NCBI RefSeq assembly: GCF_002105155.1
Contig: NW_019029005.1
Span: 124,001 to 188,000, forward strand
DNA: 64,000 nt
Origin: Lobosporangium transversale
Lineage: Eukaryota
Direction: 5' to 3'
Shown piece after piece: positions 42,162-54,340 of the stretch. Under the pieces are notes generated by a model. It did not search any database, was not told where the DNA came from, and saw nothing but the letters and a program-made list of their open reading frames with translations. Within the stretch, counting starts at the first letter, position 1. Each line of letters starts with the position of its first letter. The position numbers and the translations under genes are program-made.

Positions 42162-43529
42162 GTCTGAAAAAAAAATAAATAAATAAATAAACTATTTGGA
42201 GCACAGATTAGATTTAACAGTAAAATGCACGCTCAGAATAGATGAACCAGAGTAATGACGATTGCAGGTCAAATAATCAAAGAAGAAATGGGGAGTGAAG
42301 AGTGAAGAGTAAAGAGAGAAAGAGAAGAAATAGAAAAAAGAAAAAGAAAAAGAAAAAAAAAAAGAGAGAGTGAGTGAGAGAGAGAAGAATGTGAGAGCGA
42401 GAAGTGTGGCATGCTCAATCCTCTTTTCCTTTCTCTGAGCTTGAAGGCACAGCTTTGCACAACAAAGCCCAATCCTCTTTGCCCAACATGAAGTTAAATA
42501 AAGTATTACTTCCGAAGACGAATCCCTACACGTTCACTCAAACAACTATTCTTAATGCCTTTACTTTTTTTTTTTTTTTTTTTTTTTTAATTAAAAAATG
42601 ATGTAGGCTGGAACCTTGTCTATTATCGGGTCAAATATTAATGTCAGCAACAACTTTGTCCCTTCGGATGCTCTCTTTCTCAATTTCAGTGACATAGCCA
42701 TTGCGCTTATACCAACATGAGCAACATTGTTGATCCGAATAGGGTATATTTTGGTCCGTTGACATCCATCATGACAAAAAAAAAAAAACACACAATATTC
42801 AAACTAAGCTCATAAGATAAAAAGGTTCGACTTTCTTCACTTCATTTAAGACAAAAGTATGTGAATTCAAATCTGAGGCTGAGTAACCATTCTTACCCCT
42901 GAAATTGCTTCGCATGGATGAAGAATATTTCTGAAACAACTGTCTCATAAATCTTTTAGGAAACCTGGCCATCCGCAATAGCCCTTTGTATTGAAGTTTG
43001 AGGAATAAAAAAATCAAATGTTGTATGATCTTCAAACATCATCCTTGAGGATGTGAATAGCGCCATTTGGTGCATGAAAACGTCTGTGTGGGAATAGAGC
43101 ACATTTCATGGTACATTTGGTGTTCAACTTTCTGATATCCTGGCTTGGTTTGCTGCATCTTGGTCACGTGAATTCAGCGCCTGGCCTGGCTTTTTTTTTT
43201 CCTTGAGTGTCCCTGAAGGATAAGAACAGAAAAAAAAAGTTCATCCTTTTTAACACATTGAACACCTTGCACTTTGCACTATTGCACTTTTGCACTTTTT
43301 GCACCTGCTCTCATTGCACTAACCATTGCTTTCTGCCTTTTTTTTTGTTTCTTTCGACATTTTGCGCTAGACACATCCTTTTCGGATTCAAGAATTCACA
43401 CGCAAGAACTTTGCTGTACCTCTTTCAGCCAATAGCATTTTTTTAAGAGAAAGACCGTCTATTATTTTATCACAAATCAAAAAAAAAAAAAAAAAAAAAA
43501 AAGTATGGCCCACAAAGTGCCTGATATGC

Positions 43530-43831
43530 ATGAAACAACCGACATCCAGCACATCCTCTGCTTCTACGGGTGCCTCGTCCTCGGCTCAAGGTTCTGTGAC
43601 AGTTCAGCAGCAACAGCAACAGTTTGCACAGGAGTTTTGGGAGGAACAGGTTATTGCTGCTGAACAGTTTGATTCTGATTATAAAGTCCATCCATTACCG
43701 CTGGCGCGTATCAAAAAGGTCATGAAATCTGATCCTGAGGTTAAGGTAATATTACGCAACTAAGAATATCTCGAGGAATACAGAGTGGAATAGAGAGAGA
43801 GAAAAAACTGGGCTAAATAAACCAATCTAAT

Positions 43832-43864
<33 letters not shown>

Positions 43865-44478
43865 GTTATAAAAAGATGATTTCAGCGGAAGCACCTATAC
43901 TGTTTTCAAAAGCGTGCGAGATTTTCATTTGTGAAATCACACGGCGTGCTTGGATGCATGCGGAAGAAAACAAGAGAAGGACATTACAGAGGAGCGACGT
44001 CGCCAGCGCGGTCTCACGGTCAGATCAATTCGACTTTTTAATTGATATTGTCCTCGAGAGGAACCACCTAAAACAAAAAGATCATCCGCGCGCGAGGATC
44101 CTGCACCCAACGTAAGTTGGAAGGCGAGATAACTGCAAAAGAAGAGTTATTTTATAAATATCAATATCCTGATGGTTTATATATATATATAGGCTGAAAC
44201 TATGATGATCAATACAGTCAGTATTACGCTCAAAGCGCAGGAGGATTGGCAGGATATGCTCATGCGATCGACGGTGCCTCAATCTACCAGTCATGTCCCC
44301 AGAGCAGTTTCAACAGTACGTTCAGTACCAGCAACAGCAGGCTGCAGCTGCACAATCATATCATTCTCAACAACAACAGCAACAACAACATCAGCCACCA
44401 GCTCTCGTGGGGGATCAGTTGGTTACACAGCACAAGAGTAACGACACTCTTTATTGCACTCTTGAAACGGTTCATTAG
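43530..44478 (+). CDS. HAP5: CCAAT-binding factor subunit C (NF-YC/Hap5), Q-rich tail; 3' end 44441 or 44478
   Basis: [19 protein letters not shown] | [59 protein letters not shown] histone fold. Confidence 0.93.
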
Positions 44479-46785
44479 CTGAACTAAACCAACTTCATTA
44501 TACTTTTCATTCATTGTCATTTTGGTTATTCTCTACTCTAAACCCATGAACAATAAAGTAGAGTACCTACCCGTTATACCTGAAGACTTGCTCTAGACGA
44601 ATGCACCATCTCCTTATTTGCAAACTGATAGGTTTTATAAAAAAAAATACATGTCATAAACGCTCATTAAACTCCTCTCAATCTGATATGAGACAAGGTT
44701 ATCTTTCGCGCACACACCCATTGCAAATCAATGAACAATTTCTCTTTAGATATTTGACAAGTTAAATTTACCTATATCATATTAGGGTCGAGCTCAACCT
44801 GTTTTGTAGAAGAAACCATGGACAGACGTACCTCCTAATGTGTGAGAGATCCAAGTTGAATCTCAAAACAAACGGTTAAAAAAGCGGAAGTCGCCGCTAC
44901 TTTGCTTTCTAGTGACAAATCTCTTCTGGTGGTGATATCGCTCCAGGCCACATTACTCACAATGATTTGTCTTCAACGCTAGCACAACGTCACAGATATA
45001 CTCCTACTAGAGTCTTGGTGTGTTAAAAGAGATGACACAAGTTCTTTGGATTAAGTGCAGCTTCTTACTTTTACTTCTTTATTAAGTAGTTATATGCTAT
45101 CTAGCTATCTAACTTACCTGATTGCACCCTAAGCTACAGGCGGCCAGACTCTTGGCCAGCTTGAGAGGTATTTCTTCTTTATTTTCATCAAAAACATCCT
45201 CCCAAGCCATTGTCTAGAACACACCGGCCTGGCCCACATCATGCTCCGTCAGGTCAGGCCCCATGGCCTCGCAAACGCCCGCACACACCCACACACACCC
45301 ACACACACCTATTTGCCCACCCTCTTATCCCCACCCGTCTACCCAATCGAAGGACTCCACCACCGCATGGTCCGTTGAAGAATCAGCTCAGGTGTATGCC
45401 CGTTTGGACCTTGGATATGTGTTGCTTAGAGTTTGTTCGCGTTGTATATACCACTGCTATAATAAAGATTGTTTTGTGTTAGTTCAGTTTGTGTTGTTTT
45501 TTTATGATTTTTTTTCTTATGACGTGTTTGTCTAGGCTCACTGTGGATCTTTGGTTTCATTCTCCAGGTGCGAGACGTCAGTCTTCAAGTATCGGCGCAG
45601 TCCAGAGCGCACCATGAAGAGAGGGCCTGCTCACCATGTCTTTGGGTTGCTCAAGGAGGCGGTCTAGCTGCTGGGGCGATCTGGTCTAGCTGTTTGGATG
45701 AGGAGCCAGCCGGCTGAGTGACGGAGTGACAGCCTAGTTGGCTGATCAAGCCTGCCTGGCTGGTTGGACGAGATGTCCTGGCCGTTTCAGCAAGGAGAAC
45801 ATAGCTGGGTGAGTCGATACCGTTTGTTTATAGGAGCATCAGTTGCCCATGGAGTTGGCCAGAGCCACTGCACTCCGGCTGGTTTGGGGGTAGGGGATTC
45901 GTATCGTTTATGGCCTAAGAGTGACAAGGAAAGATAGAGGCAGAAAGGAAAATATAAAGCCAGAATAAGGGCTATACAGCATATAGTGAAAGGGCTGAGC
46001 GCCTCAGTAGGAGTGGATGTTTGGAGAGTGTTGCTTACCTGTCATCTTGGTCATAGAGAAAAAGAAGAGAACAGAAAAAATTGAGATTGGCCCTTTATAC
46101 ATTCGTCTTTAAAAGCACTTACGAAGGGAGGATAAAGCGATGAGTGGTTCTTGAAAGCGATCAAGAGCACGAGAATGAGTAAAGCCATTATGTGATAGAA
46201 AAGAGTCGACTGAGCAATGAGTATACCATGTGCCTTGCTTTTGTAAAGAGAAACCGATATATGGATGGTGGCAAAAGAAATCCAAGCTTAAATGCCGCCG
46301 CCTTGCCAAGCATAAGAGGAAAAGGCGTGAGTGAACTGATAGTATATGACAATGGTATCATCCATAGCCTAAATCAACCATTATTATCGCTACTAATTTT
46401 CTATTTCTATTGAGGACATTTGCATTCATAATAATCACAGATCCACCAAAATTTCAGACAAAAGACAAAGATCGCTGTATCTGATCTTGTCTTTTAATAT
46501 TTATTGTTAGTTGTTTACTATGTTGTGGTTTTCAAGCTGTGTCTTAGGCCAAGAGTGGTGATGCCCTTGGTAAATGTGCTTGACTGGATATTTCCTAGTC
46601 TGCTTGGATTCATTTGACGATGCTTTTTAGTATGTTCTTTGATGGCGCCTTGGCTTGGTAACCTTGGTTGACTGGGCCTAGTGGCCTGGCTTTGGGTAGG
46701 CTGCCCTTGGTTGGCTGGTTTTGATTGTCTGGACTCTTTTTTTTTTTTTTTTTTTTTTTTGCAGTTAACTGCTATCTGCTACTTG

Positions 46786-47291
46786 CTTTCTGGCTTCTGA
46801 CTTTTGGCTTCTGATTTCTAGCTTCTGACTTTTGGCTTCTGGCTTCTGGCTTCTGGCTTTTGGCTTCTGCTTTCTGGCTCCTGGCTTCTGGCTTTTGTCT
46901 TCTGCTTTCTGGCTCCTGGCTTCTGGATTTTGGCTTCTGCTTTCTGGATTTTGGCTTCTGCTTTCTGGATTTTGGCTTCTGCTTTCTGGATTTTGGCTTC
47001 TGGATTTTGGCTTCTGGTTTTTGACTCCTGGCTTCTGGTTTCTGGCTTCTGGCTTTTGGCTTCTGACTTCTGGCTTTTGTCTTCTGGTTTCTGGCTTTTG
47101 GTTTCTGGCTTGGCTTCTGGTTTCTGGCTTCTGGCTTCTGGCTCCTGGTTTCTGGCTTCTGGTTTCTGGCTTCTGGTTTCTGGCTTCTGGTTTCTGGCTT
47201 CTGGTTTCTGGCTTCTGGTTTCTGGCTTTTGGTTTCTGGCTTTTGTCTTCTGGTTTCTGACTCTTAGCTTTTGGTTTTTGACTTCTGGCTT
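46786..47291. repeat. ~500-bp degenerate 7-mer satellite (TTCTGGC)n bracketed by poly(T) tracts
   Basis: About 70 units of TTCTGGC/TTTTGGC/TTCTGGT with local 14/21-bp higher-order units; related (TTGGCTG)n at ~47397-47430. Confidence 0.95.
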
Positions 47292-47337
47292 CAGGTCTTT
47301 CTTTTTTTTTTTTTTTGAAGTTTTTTTGAATTTTTTG

Positions 47338-47368
<31 letters not shown>

Positions 47369-50349
47369 CAAGTTTTTTTTGAAGTTTTTTTTATATTGGC
47401 CGTTGGCTGTTGGCTGTTGGCTGTTGGTTTTGGTTGTTAGCTCTGAGACTATCTCCCTAGGCGCTCTACCTTGGGCCGATGCTCTTTCCCAGGCCTTCTG
47501 CTTTCCTCCATGGATCGTAGGCCTCGCTCCTTCAAGCGAAAGTCCCATTGCAGTGGTCTATCGAACGACTAATCAATGGAGCCTCACTTTGACCAGAGCA
47601 CCTTTGGTTCAGACGGCAGGAAACAGGGGTCACACAACATGACGCCTCTACGCCATGCACCCACTGCGACCAGGCGTCCCTGGCGCAGCATCGCTAATTG
47701 GATAACCTAAGGATGATAAGTCAGTAGCAATGAACTATCCACAAAACCCTATAGAGCACCGAGTTGCCAAAGATTCTATCTAATCAGAGAGAACGAAAGC
47801 AAAGGTAAAATAGAATTAATATGCTCTTTGTGTCTTCCTTTTCACCTACCTTAGGTGTTACCAGGCCTCGATAACACCTGATCCTGATCCTGATCCTGAT
47901 CCTGCTGGAGGGGGAATCTCCTTGACGGCCGAGGCTCGAGCTCTACAGGTCCAGTGAATAATTCATTGATACTGACTTACCATTCTTAGGCTACCGCAAC
48001 TGTGTGTCATCCTGTCCTACACGAAATCCCCAGAGGCACTCGGATCAAAGTGAGGCTCAGAGACTAGAAGTTCTCTAGCACCACCACAATTGTCCTTCCT
48101 CAAGAGGTCGTGAGGGCCCGACGAGGTTCGGAGGAAGCAGGAGAGGGCCGGCGGAGTGGCCCCCGGGCTCCGATGGTAGGACGGAGCGGAGCCCTTATCG
48201 AATTGGATAGGCCTCTAAGGAAAAGAGTCGAAAAAAAAAAAAAAAAAAAAAAAAAAAACGTGGTTAGAATATTTGGTAACCAGAGTACAGGAGACCATAT
48301 CTCATTACAAAGAACAGCATAGCACCAAAAGAGAAAAAAAAGTGTAATTATTTACTCAATAAGAAAGAGTACTTACAAATCCGTTTGGGCCCTATTTGGT
48401 AAGCACTGCATGAGCTTATTGCAGTCTTTGGGATGGTCGCCGCTGAGCATCCATAGGTAGTGTTCCTTGCGATGATCAGAAGGACAAAGGTAAAAGAAAA
48501 GGAATAAGTTAATGGACCTGCTGGGTTCATTTAGCAATAGCTAAACAGTGGGTGACGATAGGCAAGACAAAACGAAGCCATGCATATGTTAGATACTTAC
48601 TTGATGACGGCTCTATAGTGAGTTGTATTTCACGGCTGGGATAGAGCATTTTTTATGGCCTCTGTGTGGCCTTTGCAAGGCATGTGAAGGGCAGGTGGAG
48701 AGGATGTGGGTGAAGAGAGGAGAGGAGAAAAGAAAAGAAAAGAAAAGCTGGCGGAGACGAAGGGCATTTATGAAAATTGTTTTTCTTTTTTGTGTCGTCG
48801 ATATGACGTTTTACAGCAACGCAAAGGAAACTTGGTGTCCCACTGCCAAAGGTATTAAATAATAATACTAATATCCATCATATGTCAGCAATAAAGAAAG
48901 CCATTGTGAAGTATAATGGTAAGCGAATGAGTGAGTAAAAAATAAATATTTAAAATGTAAAGAGATAACGCGTTCAGAGGGATGCCACAAAATTATTTAT
49001 TTTCCGCCATGACGCCTTCGGTCAGATGTTCACATGAAAACTCTATTTTCTGGTTGGTCAAAACATTTACACGGCAGATAAGAGAAGCAGACATTGTCCA
49101 TCTTCGGTAAAATTAACCTTTTTTATCTCCAAATGCTGTATGAATGAGTATGGAAAGAACCATTGAGTCAAATATAATGAATAATACAAAATAATGCATT
49201 ATATAGACATATACTTTCTTGCTGTCGACGGCGAGGGCTCTTTGGCGGATTGTGCTTTGGAGAAAAGGAGAAAGGAATGCTGAGTGGTTTTTGTAATCGC
49301 TCAGGAAAAATAGTAAGTGAAACCAATTTGTGATCTCAAAGTATTGACTGAATAGCAATACAAATACGACATTTTTGCTTTTATGCAAGAAAAAAAAGAA
49401 AAGAAAACGGCATAGCGGGAATTGAAATCAATAATCTGTGCACCTGTGATATCATTCGTCAATTTTCATATGCTTACAAGGTGGAGAAAGAGAACAACAT
49501 TCCATCCTCAAAGATATGCAGGGTCATATATACAACAACCTACCTGCCCACAACAAGAGCACGAGCCACATTGCCCTCTTTGTATGGTATACAACAAAGA
49601 AAGAAAGAAAGAAAGAACAGTGAGCAATGTGCTGTAGCTGGAGTAAAAGGACGAGACCCAAAGTACAAGCATATTAAAACTCGCATACTCTGTTTTTCAC
49701 CAGCATTAAGCGCGAGTACCTTTTGGTTCTTAGTAATGAGGTTCATCAGGAACTACCAGTCAAGTTTGGTACTTAATCCTCTTCTTCTATTCTCTCTCTT
49801 CATCCCTAATAAGGAATATAAAGTCTATCGCGCGAACTGTACTGCGGCAGTTTTATCCGAACAGACCTTTTTTTTTTCCTTTCCTTTTCAGAACGCCAAG
49901 GAAATACGACATGTATTCCTCGGCGCGCTTGCGTGCTTTTTATTGGTCGACATATAAACGTTGATACTTTGTTTCACCAAAATCCACCGCCTAATCAGCT
50001 GCTATTCACTATTCTTTATTACATATTTTACATTGTATTACATGAAATTAAAAATAAAAAAAAAATAAAAAAAGACACAATGATATATATTCTGAAGATT
50101 GTATGGTTAGTACAAAGGAAAATTAACCTGTCCCATACTCAGGTCGACCTCACTTCCCGCACTGGGCGGATTAAGCTATTAACAGTAAAAATATAACAAT
50201 CATGTGAAAGCAACGCAGAAAAGAATTCAAAAGAGTCAGAGCGTGAATGGACAAAGTAAGCCTTGTTCAAGCAGGATCCTAGCAACCGCGTTGTTCGGTA
50301 TTTTCTTGCAATTGAAAGATCGTAGTAAGTATACCGCTCTAAAAACGAT

Positions 50350-50500
50350 TACACCTATCTTTTTACACCTCTTTTTACACCTACGCCTCTTTTTACACCT
50401 ACACCTCTTTTTACACCTCTTTTTACACCTACACCTTTTTTTACACCTCTTTTTACACTTACACCTCTTTTGCACCTCCGCTTATTTTACACCTACGCCT
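50350..50500. repeat. Tandem repeat built from TACACC and TCTTTT hexamers (12/18-bp units)
   Basis: TTTTACACCTCT / TTTTACACCTACACCTCT repeated; almost no G on + strand. Confidence 0.9.
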
Positions 50501-50618
50501 CATTATACATTTTCTGGAGCATTTTGTTCATAGAGTGTAGAAAATAAATCCCCATGACCCTGAGGATCCTTGTTATCAAAAAAAAAAAAAAAAAAAAAAA
50601 AAAAGCCTCATTATACAT
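50497..50618 (+). mobile_element. 5'-truncated poly(A)-tailed retro-insertion with 14-bp TSD
   Basis: GCCTCATTATACAT at 50497-50510 and 50605-50618 flanking a 67-bp body with AATAAA (50543-50548) and A27 (50578-50604). Confidence 0.8.
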
Positions 50619-50689
50619 CTACAATATATTGAGGTTCTTACTAAGAATGATTATATAATTTTTTTTTAGTACAAGGTTATTCCGTAACA

Positions 50690-51135
50690 ACAATACCATC
50701 ACTGCAAGTAAAATTAATGAAAGAGAAGGCTGCTCGTATTTTACTTGGAATTTCATAAGCGGGGCCCTGGATTTGCTTGAAATCCAAACGGGGTGCTTTG
50801 AGAAGTTGATTATCGTAAATGGAGGTCAAGCATTTAAGAGGAAGGAATCTGCAAGTAGAGCTGATGGGATTGCTGTTAATGGAGAAGGCCATCAGATCTA
50901 CCTTGCAGAAGCTGCACTCCTTAATGGAGCGATACGAAGTAAGGAGGGGAGCGATGAGCATAAAGTCAAGCGATGTATGCTTAACTCATGGTTATATCAA
51001 ATGAATGACATCTGCAAGCTGTCCAATCCACCGACGAGCACGAAGATATTCGGATCAACATCGTATGGAAAAGACACGAAGTTTTATTGCCTGCACTACA
51101 AAGGCGTCTTCCAAATTGACTTCTTTTCAGAGTAA
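50690..51135 (+). pseudogene. Fragment of PD-(D/E)XK/restriction-endonuclease-like protein
   Basis: ..KESASRADGIAVNGEGHQIYLAEAALL..DEHKVKRCML.. (DG..(x)..E core), similar in style to Mucoromycota REase-fold hypothetical proteins; no clear start. Confidence 0.5.
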
Positions 51136-51164
51136 CTTGTTCTCCCCTCCCTTCCTCCCCCCCA

Positions 51165-52286
51165 TGAAATCAATACTTCAACATTTCTACTCTCTTAGGA
51201 CCAGGTTAAAGCAACAGAATGATTGTCCTGAGATGGAAAATCAATTTTGTGCGCAGTTGCTTTTGAAGTGCTGTGAATTTGCAGCTAAGCATTTCTTATT
51301 CCCTCATTCCATTAATGTCGTTAGACATCTTAATGCTTTGGTTCGTTATGAAAATGCTGGAAAGAACGTCCTCGCCTAGAAGTTATTAAAGGTCCAGTGC
51401 AAAATAACTCGAGAGAGACTGAAGGCTTTGGGTCCGCACTACGTAAAAAAGCATCAGCGGTACGAATCAACAGTAAAAACCTTGAAACATCTTAATCGTC
51501 TTGGAAAGGAGGTTTTGCCGAGGTGGGTTTTGTTTCCAGGTGATTTTATTGTATCAGACGAAGAGTTCAATTCAGTCGATAATATCAGAGTGGACATCGA
51601 AGGTATTCAGTCATGCACATAAAGATGATAATTTGTTCAAGCTTGTCGCTCTTTTTGGTTAGTCCTTTTTCAATTATAAGGATTTTGTTAAGTAAACCAT
51701 TTATATTTGAAAGAGTCTAGCCAAAAAGAGCGACAAGCTTGACCCTCTGGTATCATGATGTTAATTTTTTATTATCTTTATTTGTTTCATAGATACAGAG
51801 TTGTTTACAATGTTATTGACCCCTACTCATCAGTTGGAAAAAATGAAGACAGGAGTAAAAGAAGAGTGGAGAATGAAGTGGATCGTGCAGAAACAAATCA
51901 TGAAACTATCACTGCAAAGCGATTGAAGACCCAGCTAATATCTGCGAGGTGAAGAAGGAGGCGAAAATGAATATACCGATAGGATGTGCAGGTGGCTCGA
52001 AGAAATTTGTGAAGATGTTCCAGAGGAGGTCAAGCAGAAACTCGCGCATTATGTTAGCAAATCTGAACAAACCAATGATGAAACAGAGTCTTTGTTGGGA
52101 ACAATCAATCAGCTTACCTTTAAAAAGCAAGCGCCATCGGTCACTGAATTATTGCCATCCATCACAGCAAAAACTACCATTCATACAGCACACACATATA
52201 TCCTGGCTGCATCATTACTAGCAATCGAGATGATGTTGGTAATCCAAAATGAACAAGAAGAGAAAAAAAAAATAATTGCTCAATGA
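51165..52286 (+). CDS. Hypothetical protein or relic; intron ~51603-51792 carries MITE copy 2
   Basis: Same-strand ORFs 51005-51379, 51428-51622, 51755-51952, 51984-52286; GTATTC donor and TTTCATAG acceptor around the MITE. Confidence 0.35.
51637..51749 (-). mobile_element. hAT-like MITE (copy 2, reverse orientation, one TIR tip missing)
   Basis: Reverse complement aligns almost end to end with 22301-22417; ends GACCCTCTG at 51749; the other end lacks ~7 terminal bases. Confidence 0.85.
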
Positions 52287-53649
52287 AACGAATAAATAAG
52301 TCTATCATAAAACAACAACTGGTCAAATGCAGAGAAAAGGTGAATAGAATATAACAAACACTAGTACGAAAAGTACGTTGTATTAATATACTTCCTACAA
52401 ACAAAAAAAAAAAAGAAAATTTGAGTCAAGGTCCTTTGGCTATGAGAGACCAGGTTGAGAACCATGTTCTACTTGACATACTAACGCGCCACACAGCCCT
52501 CTTGCCATTAACGAGGAATCCGTGATCCATGCAATAGCAGCCTTCTCAAAATCCTGAAAACACACTGTTTGAGCCAGTAGGACACTCCAATGCAGTTGTT
52601 AAGACCTTAATTATGATTAAAAGGAATTAAATAAACCAAATCGAATATGACTATCTCCTTTCTTTGGCTAGTCAAGAGACAAAGTAAATCGTAAAATGAA
52701 ATTAGATTTTTTTATTTTAAAAGAATAGAAGCAATATTCTGTAATTTTTTTCTACGTCATTCACTCGTAGTATGTCATTGAATCGTTGCTGGCCGAGTTT
52801 GTGTTGCTCAGTCAACCGCGTATAATGCTCAATCTGTAGTCAAGAATGGGCTAAGGCTTGTCGCGCATCCAATTCATCTAAGGACTGTCTTGCCTTTTTT
52901 CTTGACCCCTCTTCGATTCAGGAACAAGAGGTACCTTGCTTGGGAATAGAATTGGAGTTCTCTCTACGCATACAAAGGAGGGATCTATTGGACCAATCAC
53001 CATTTGTGTTTGTACATTCTTCCTCCTCAGATCCGGCTGCAAGCAACTTTTCCATTTCATCTTCGTCATAAGCCCTCTTTGTTTTTAATAGTCGGGGTGC
53101 TGGCGGTGGCTGAAGAAAAATACTTTTTTCAAATGTCTTTTTATACTTTTACTCTTTTACTAATGTAACATTTTCTCCTGTTTTTTCGCTAGACACTGTT
53201 CTACTAGTAAAAAATATTCTCTCATATTGCTTGTTCTTCTAATATATGATGAACAGATGTTATTGATTTTTCCAACCTGATGGTTTTTCTTTCCTTCACA
53301 GAAAATTAGGTAATTTTTTTTGCATTTCCTATAAATTTAATTTTATTTAATGCATGCTTTTCATTTAAAAATAAATATTCAAAGCTTGATCAATAATAGG
53401 TTGCTTGTCCAGAATGTTCTCCTATCAAAAATATCCGCCGTGTCCCTTTGGTTGTTTTGTTTACTCACCAATTTCCGTCGGTTATGGATCTAATTTAACT
53501 TCATGTTTCGCCATCCTATCTAAAATAGTTGTTTTCTTACCATGCATGAATATTTAGCCTTTCGCCGTTCTCCTATCGCTAATGAGTCATCTCTCCTCCA
53601 TAGGGTCGATTGTTTTAGTCTCATGATTAATCCAAAGGAAAAAGAGATG

Positions 53650-54340
53650 GTATGTATTCTTACCCTCGTGACAGAAAAATGGGCCACAAAAGACGCCGAG
53701 ATTTGGATGAAGAAGAAAGGACGAGAAGACCCAAAAGACGACTTGATTGTGGAGGAGGTGAATCGGAAACAGAGAGTAAAAATGACAGTGGTGCAGAAGG
53801 CATTAGTTCGGACGAAGGCATCATCGAACAAGAGAAGGATGAAGTGACTTTTTCCGACGATGCAGATCCACCCTTCATTTTAACAAGACTCGAACTGGAA
53901 GAGATAGAAGAGGAGCAAGAGTGCTTAGAGATCAGCAATTCCTTAAAAACATATTGACGGTATTGAGAGCAGATGGATAAAACAGACAAACCGTCTCGAC
54001 ATGAAGGCAAAGATGTTGCGGTTGCTCTGGCAAAAAAAAGTGGAAGAAAGAATAAGGCAAAACTGAAGAAAGAACGGTGTGAAGTTTCCGAAAAGTATTT
54101 TCAAGAGAAACTTATTGTATCACTGGAAGTTAGAGAAAGGACAAGAACTTTTCGAACGGACAATTAAAGAAATAGCAGAAGAGATAATTAAGGAGTATAG
54201 TGATATTATAGAGTTCGGAAAAAATATTTCACAAAAGTATCATTTACATCGTTATAGTACATGTATAATTTCATTTCAAATGGTAAACTTTGTATTAACC
54301 TTAAATGTAGACGCGTCTAAAAAGCCCCTTAACGTTTAGT
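53650..54340 (+). pseudogene. Degraded gene fragment (acidic tract then WKLEKG.. segment), possibly the same REase-like family as 59149-61591
   Basis: ORFs 53652-53957, 53973-54167, 54079-54339 with stops; YHWKLEKGQELFE loosely recalls KWQLKSGKIVE of the downstream gene. Confidence 0.25.

Noticed and set aside
46832..47382. Hydrophobic LASGFWL-repeat ORFs
   Set aside because: Translation of the 7-mer satellite; no evidence of a membrane protein.
50155..50180. Short CCGC..GCGG hairpin resembling a Helitron 3' end
   Set aside because: Followed by CTAT rather than CTRR; no Rep/helicase or second copy visible.
50204..50533. LFLHLH and KKRCRC repeat ORFs
   Set aside because: Translations of the TACACC/TCTTTT tandem repeat.
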